From assembly GCA_004431415.1 (NCBI GenBank), contig QPMI01000436.1, positions 558,001 through 622,000 of the forward strand: a stretch of DNA of 64,000 bases. The letters run 5' to 3'. Every line of letters starts with the position of its first letter. Position 1 is the first letter of the stretch. The DNA is from Cyanophora paradoxa CCMP329. Taxonomy: Eukaryota; Plantae; Glaucophyta. Shown here piece after piece: positions 61,101-64,000 of the stretch. A program made the translations under genes and the position numbers. The notes below the pieces were generated by a model. It was not told the origin of the DNA, ran no database searches, and was given only the letters and a program-made list of their open reading frames with translations.

Positions 61101-63197
61101 TGGGGGCGGCCCTGGAGGTTCTCAGGCTGGCCCTCGCCTCGGCCCGCGAGCGCGCGCTGGAGTCTTCTCCGTCTTCTTCTCCGTCCTCTCTGGATGGGGA
61201 CCCCCGCCCGAGCCTCCTCTGGGCCGACGCGCTCGTCGCCCTCGGGGGCCAGTACGTCATGGTGCGCGGCCGCACAGCTTCAAAGATCTAATTATAAGCT
61301 TCACATCTAAGCTCATGATCAAGTATCTAAGCTCAAGCACTAGTGCGCGCGCTAGCGCCGGCGGAGGGAGGCGGGAACGGGAAGTGTGTCGCTCGCTCAA
61401 TTCTAAACTTGAAATCTAAGCTCAAGACGAGAGCGGCGCGCGCGCGCGCCCAGGCGGCCGCACTGAGCACACGTATCCTCTCCAAACTAAATCTATTGGC
61501 GCGCGCTTTGGTCGATCGCGAATCCTAGCTATAGCTCCAGACTGCGCTCGCGCTCAGCGGCTCCGTCTTATGCTCCTTCGCAGGACGGACTGATGGAGGA
61601 GGGGATCGGGCCCCTCTTTGAGGCCTGGTCCCTGTTGCTGCGGGCCGGCCCCGCCGGCTGCCCCTCCCGCCTCGAGGCCCGCATCATCCTCTACCTCGCC
61701 GAGGCCCACGGTCCGCCTTGAGCTTACGAAGCCTAAAGCACGAGCTAAAGAAGCTCACAGAAAGCTTATATATCATTAAGAAGCCTAAAGCACGAGCTAA
61801 AGAAGCTCACAGAAAGCTTATATATCATTAAGAAGCCTAAAGCATGAGCTAAAGCTTCGAGGCCCGCATCATCTTCTACCTCGCTTGCCCGGGGCCCACG
61901 GTCCGCCCGAGGCCGTCTCGAGCTTACAAAAAGCTCTAAGCTTGCACAAAGAAGCCTAAAGCATGAGCTAAAGCCTCGATGAGGAGGCCCGCCTCAACCT
62001 TTACCTCGCGCGCGGCCCTCAGGGCGCGCCTATAATTAACTCTAGGCTGGCTCGAGCTCTAGATCTAGCTATAGATTTGGCGCGCCTCTAGCCTAGTAGG
62101 CCAGCCCTTCTAGTCTTCTAGCCTTCGAATTCGCCTTTAGTGCTTACAATGTAATGTACAATCTATCCCTTGCGCTAGCTAGCCCTTCTAGTAGCCTTCG
62201 GCCTTCGTGCTTAAATTATACTCCGCCGCGCAGGGATCCGCCCGACGGCGTACAGCCTCGCCGAGCGTCTGTACTGGTACCGAGAGGGGGTAGAGGACCT
62301 CCACTTCGAGGCCCGTGCCTGTGCCGCGCTCGGTACCCCCTTCGCTTCCCTCCTCCCCCCCCTCCCCTCCCCCTCTCTTCTCCCCGCCCCTTACGCGCTG
62401 TAGCGCTCCTGGCGTTTGGGGCGGGCCGCCTTGCCGAGGGCCAGGGCTTCGTTGACCGCGTGCTCGAGATCCACCGTACCCTCTCCCCCGCCGAGCGGTG
62501 CGTTCCCCCGTATCCCCGTATACGTACCCCCCCTTCCCGTCTCAAACAAGCCGTAACAGGGAGCGGTACCCCATGGGACTCCGGGCCGCCGGACTCTCCG
62601 TCATGGCTGCCCTCCGCACGGCTGACTTCCACGCACTCTACGAGCACACCCGCACCTCCTACATACTCACCCTCGCCCACTCCGACCGCGCTCAGTCCGC
62701 CGACTCTGAACTTTCGCGTACCCTTTTTATCTGGCCCTGACGAGCACGCTCCTGTACCCCCGCAGCCCGAGCCTGGACTCTTGCATCGGCAGCTTACGCT
62801 TGCAGGTCATCGCGGGCGCCCCTCTGGGGGTACACCTCGAATTTTACAAGTTCTTCCTGTGCGTACCCCCCCCCCCGGGAACAGAATCGAGAAACGAATC
62901 AAAACGTGTAACCCCGCCCGCAGGTACGTCACGGCGATTGCGGACCCGCACAGCGTCGGCCCGGGAGCGATGTATGTCCTGTGCGCCGTGGCAGAGCTGC
63001 AGGCGCGGCTCGGCCTCTGGCGCCCCGCCGCCCGTGCCTTCGCCCTCGCCCTCCGCGCCGCCGCCCGCTTCCCCCTCGCCTTCCCCCCCGACCACCCCCG
63101 CCTCCGCCGCCTCCGCGCCGCCCTCGCCCGCTGCGAGGACCGCGCCCGGCGCTCCGCCCCTCTTCCTCCTCCGCCCAGCCCAACCCAGCCCAGCTGA
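58200..63197 (+). CDS. Large multi-exon protein with alpha-helical TPR-like C-terminal part
   Basis: Many A/L-rich helical exons (LWADALVALGGQY, LFEAWSLL, GRLAEGQGFVDRVLEI, VAELQARLGLWRPAARAFALAL..PPDHP), with a stop at 63197. The start is unresolved. Confidence 0.55.
61728..61854. repeat. Intronic 52-bp tandem repeat (about 2.4 copies)
   Basis: gaagcctaaagcacgagctaaagaagctcacagaaagcttatatatcattaa at 61728 and 61780, plus a partial copy at 61832. Confidence 0.9.
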
Positions 63198-63499
63198 TCA
63201 TCGGATCAGAAGCCAGCGCCGGCCGATCCCCTCGAGAGCCGGGCGCCCTCCCTCTGCACCCTCCTCCGGATCCGTCGGACCCCTGGTCATCGTATCTAGT
63301 GCTTATATCTACTTACTCTTGCTTCTTTGGAACTAGTGTCATCCGGCGCGCGCGCCGGGGCTGCTCCCCCATTCCCTCCGGATCCCTCCTCCGCCCCTTT
63401 CACGTCGGTCTCCCGATCACCCGCTGCCCTTTAAGGCTTCAACGTCAACGGTTGCAATTGGACTCGTGGTAATCGTATCTATAGCTCTATATATGAGGG

Positions 63500-64000
63500 C
63501 CATCAATGGGCCAAACGCGAAAAGTCAACTCCGAGAGCTCGAGACTCGGAAGTGACGCTTGGATTGCGGAGGTTCTTATAACCGCCGCAACAGCTGTGGG
63601 GGTACCCCTTCCGAGGCTGGCGATCGCGACGATCACGACCCTGGCGATCGCGATTTTCTCCCGATCGCGACCCTTTTCGATCGCGATTTCGAGATCGGGG
63701 ACATTAATGCGATCGCGAGAAAGGAAAAATCGGAAAAGGCCGAAAAGTGCCGTTTTCACGCGTGAAATCGATCGAAAACGAGGGTTCGAATCCCGGGCCC
63801 GGATTTGGACTTGGTCAGAATCTCGAGTCAAAATGGGAGAAAAATGTGACCTGGACTTGGACTTGGGACTTGGGACTTGGGACTTGGACTTGGGACTTGG
63901 AAGAGTTGGAATCAGAGTCTGGACCCAAAAGCGGGGAAATTTTCGGACGGGGAGAAAAATGTCAGGCAATCTCTATTACGATTTTCCCTTTGAGTTGAAT
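63500..64000. mobile_element. Probable non-autonomous DNA element truncated by the window end
   Basis: Non-coding and lower in GC. It carries repeated gatcgcga motifs, a gacttgg(g) array at 63852-63900 and a gggggtaccc motif also seen inside hAT elements 1 and 3. No ends or TSD are visible. Confidence 0.35.

Noticed and set aside
63852-63900. (GACTTGG)n as a telomeric repeat
   Set aside because: The array is short, irregular and internal, and does not match a TTAGGG/TTTAGGG-type motif.
1-64000. tRNA, rRNA, snRNA genes or an autonomous transposase
   Set aside because: None was recognised by eye. A tRNAscan-SE, Infernal or HMM search would be needed to exclude them.

Overview
GC-rich, intron-dense eukaryotic nuclear DNA with short GT-AG introns, poly-G/C tracts and intergenic DNA made of short palindromes (AGCT, CTAG, CATG, GATC). 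The nuclear MutS2 gene starts with an Ala/Ser/Arg-rich presequence with Phe at position 4 (MSSFV). This points to an alga with a primary plastid, most plausibly a glaucophyte such as Cyanophora (inference only). Recognisable genes, in order: BED-finger/coiled-coil protein, Dgk1-like CTP-dependent lipid kinase, OSBP-related protein, membrane RING-H2 E3 ligase, MORC GHKL ATPase head-to-head with a Zucchini/PLD6-like single-HKD enzyme, SWEET transporter, LRR-coiled-coil-RING protein, plastid-type MutS2, a TPR-like protein and several orphans. An AT-rich island at 32.0-34.8 kb holds four non-autonomous hAT elements with 8-bp TSDs. Strongest leads: (1) a duplicated MutS2 KOW-Smr C-terminus that can splice in frame to a new NLS-bearing 5' exon; (2) the divergent MORC/PLD6 pair, with an AT-hook insertion in MORC; (3) introns carrying copies of neighbouring exon ends; (4) a perfect 41-bp hairpin. 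Exon boundaries were read by eye and are approximate. Two 1-nt frameshifts in G/C runs suggest assembly errors.
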